DNA of 64,000 nucleotides from Podarcis bocagei (Eukaryota): NCBI GenBank assembly GCA_964188305.1, contig OZ076886.1. One strand, written 5' to 3'. Every line of letters starts with the position of its first letter. The stretch's first letter is position 1. The notes below the pieces were generated by a model. That model searched no databases. It saw only the letters and a program-made list of their open reading frames with translations, and had not been told where the DNA came from. Made by a program: the position numbers and the translations under genes. Below, piece after piece: positions 63,020 through 64,000 of the stretch.

Positions 63020-63109
63020 GTAAGGGCACCCGAAGGGGACTGAGCCCACTCCTGGTGCAGAATACAGTCGCGTTTGGGAGGAGCGCTGCTTCTGCAGGTG
63101 GGTAGCTGG

Positions 63110-63290
63110 CTGGCGAGAACAGAGGAAGTCAGGCCATTGGTCCATCTAGCATAGGACGGGCTGTACTGGCTGGCAGGGGCTCCCCAGGGTTTCACGCAGA
63201 GATCTCCCCGCCCTCTCTGGAGATGCTGGGGATTGAACCTGCAACCTTCTGCATGCAAGGCAGATGCCCCACCACTGAGCCACAGCTAAG
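63110..63290 (-). mobile_element. tRNA-derived SINE
   Basis: ggggattgaacctgcaaccttctgcatgcaaggcagatgccccaccactgagccacagc is the reverse complement of a tRNA-like head. Confidence 0.65.
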
Positions 63291-63339
63291 GGAGCCAAAG
63301 CTGCCTCCAGTAGGCTGAAAGGGTTCAGCCTTCACCCAG

Positions 63340-63610
63340 AGCTTGCAAAGTTTCAGCTCCCTTAATGGCAGCTCCCAACAAAATATGAAGGAATGAAACA
63401 AAACATTGCTTTGGGCTGCCTTCAGAAGCCTTCTAAAAGTCAGATAGTTATTTATTTCCTTGACATCTGACACAAGAGTGTTCCACAGGGTGGGTGCCAC
63501 TGCAGAAATGGCCCTCTGCCTGGTTCCCTGTAAATTCACATCTCGCAGTGAGGGAACCGCCGAAAGGCCCTCAGAGCTGGACCTGTGTCTGAATGATGGG
63601 GGTGGAGAAG
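63340..63610 (-). mobile_element. L2 LINE 3' fragment
   Basis: Minus ORF RQRAISAVAPTLWNTLVSDVKEINNYLTFRRLLKA resembles the L2 RT C-terminus (RAFSVAAPxLWNxLP...FKxxLK). Confidence 0.7.
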
Positions 63611-63952
63611 CCCTTTCAGGTATGCAGGGCTGAAGTGGGCAGGATCTCAGGAAGCTTATTTAAGAGGAAGGTGAGGTCAGAATGCCCATTCCGTGTAGCC
63701 AAAGTCTTGCACCATCCCTGATCCCATTTGCTTGCCTGTGAAGTGTAGGTCTGTGGTTGTAGCCAGCTCTTGGGTTGTGATAATAGAGCTTAGGGCGTTT
63801 GTGTCTCTGTCTCTCCCCAAACCTTGCTCGGGACAGGTGAGCTTGTATTTTGTATGCCTGGGGGGGGGGGGAAGAGAGCAGGCAATGGTGGGATGGCACG
63901 CTTAACTGTATCAGTTCCTTGCACTCGGTCACTGTGATTGCTTTGCTTGCAG

Positions 63953-64000
63953 AACCAGATCCATCCAAGCCACCTTGCTACGAGGAAGCAGTGCTGATGG
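63953..64000 (+). CDS. PRR7: PRR7 second coding exon, truncated by window end (E-PDPSKPPCYEEAVLM...)
   Basis: tttgcttgcag|AA; phase 1 matches the upstream donor; conserved SKPPCYEEAVLM motif. Confidence 0.93.

Overview
This is vertebrate genomic DNA from a squamate reptile. Sauria SINEs, BovB LINE ends, CR1/L2 fragments and lizard-type MITEs support that; a lacertid lizard is a guess. The window holds two + strand genes in the GRK6-PRR7 order known from mammals. (1) A complete G protein-coupled receptor kinase 6 gene (GRK6): CpG-island promoter at ~6.9-8.1 kb, 15 common coding exons from 7498 to 33200 (559 codons, all GT-AG introns, phases consistent), and three alternative C-termini. These are A (575 aa, ends DCCGNCSESEEEPTRL), C (560 aa, ends SRQR) and B (601 aa), which can only be made through a 2-nt microexon at 34613-34614. 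(2) The 5' part of PRR7 (proline-rich 7 transmembrane adaptor): CpG island at ~54.6-56.3 kb, coding from 62689, running off the window end. The most notable observations follow. A young Penelope-like retroelement fragment is nested in a Tc1/mariner-type MITE in GRK6 intron 3 and carries a sense-strand minimal hammerhead ribozyme motif, with an inverted copy breaking at the ribozyme cleavage site. The GRK6 2-nt microexon acts as a three-way isoform switch. A putative PRR7 5' UTR exon has a (CAG)6 tandem acceptor and three overlapping spliced uORFs. An orphan promoter-like CpG region with a CTCF motif lies between the two genes. I see no wholly new multi-gene system; most short ORFs in the supplied track are noise or repeat-derived. 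Comparisons with human sequences are from memory and were not computed.
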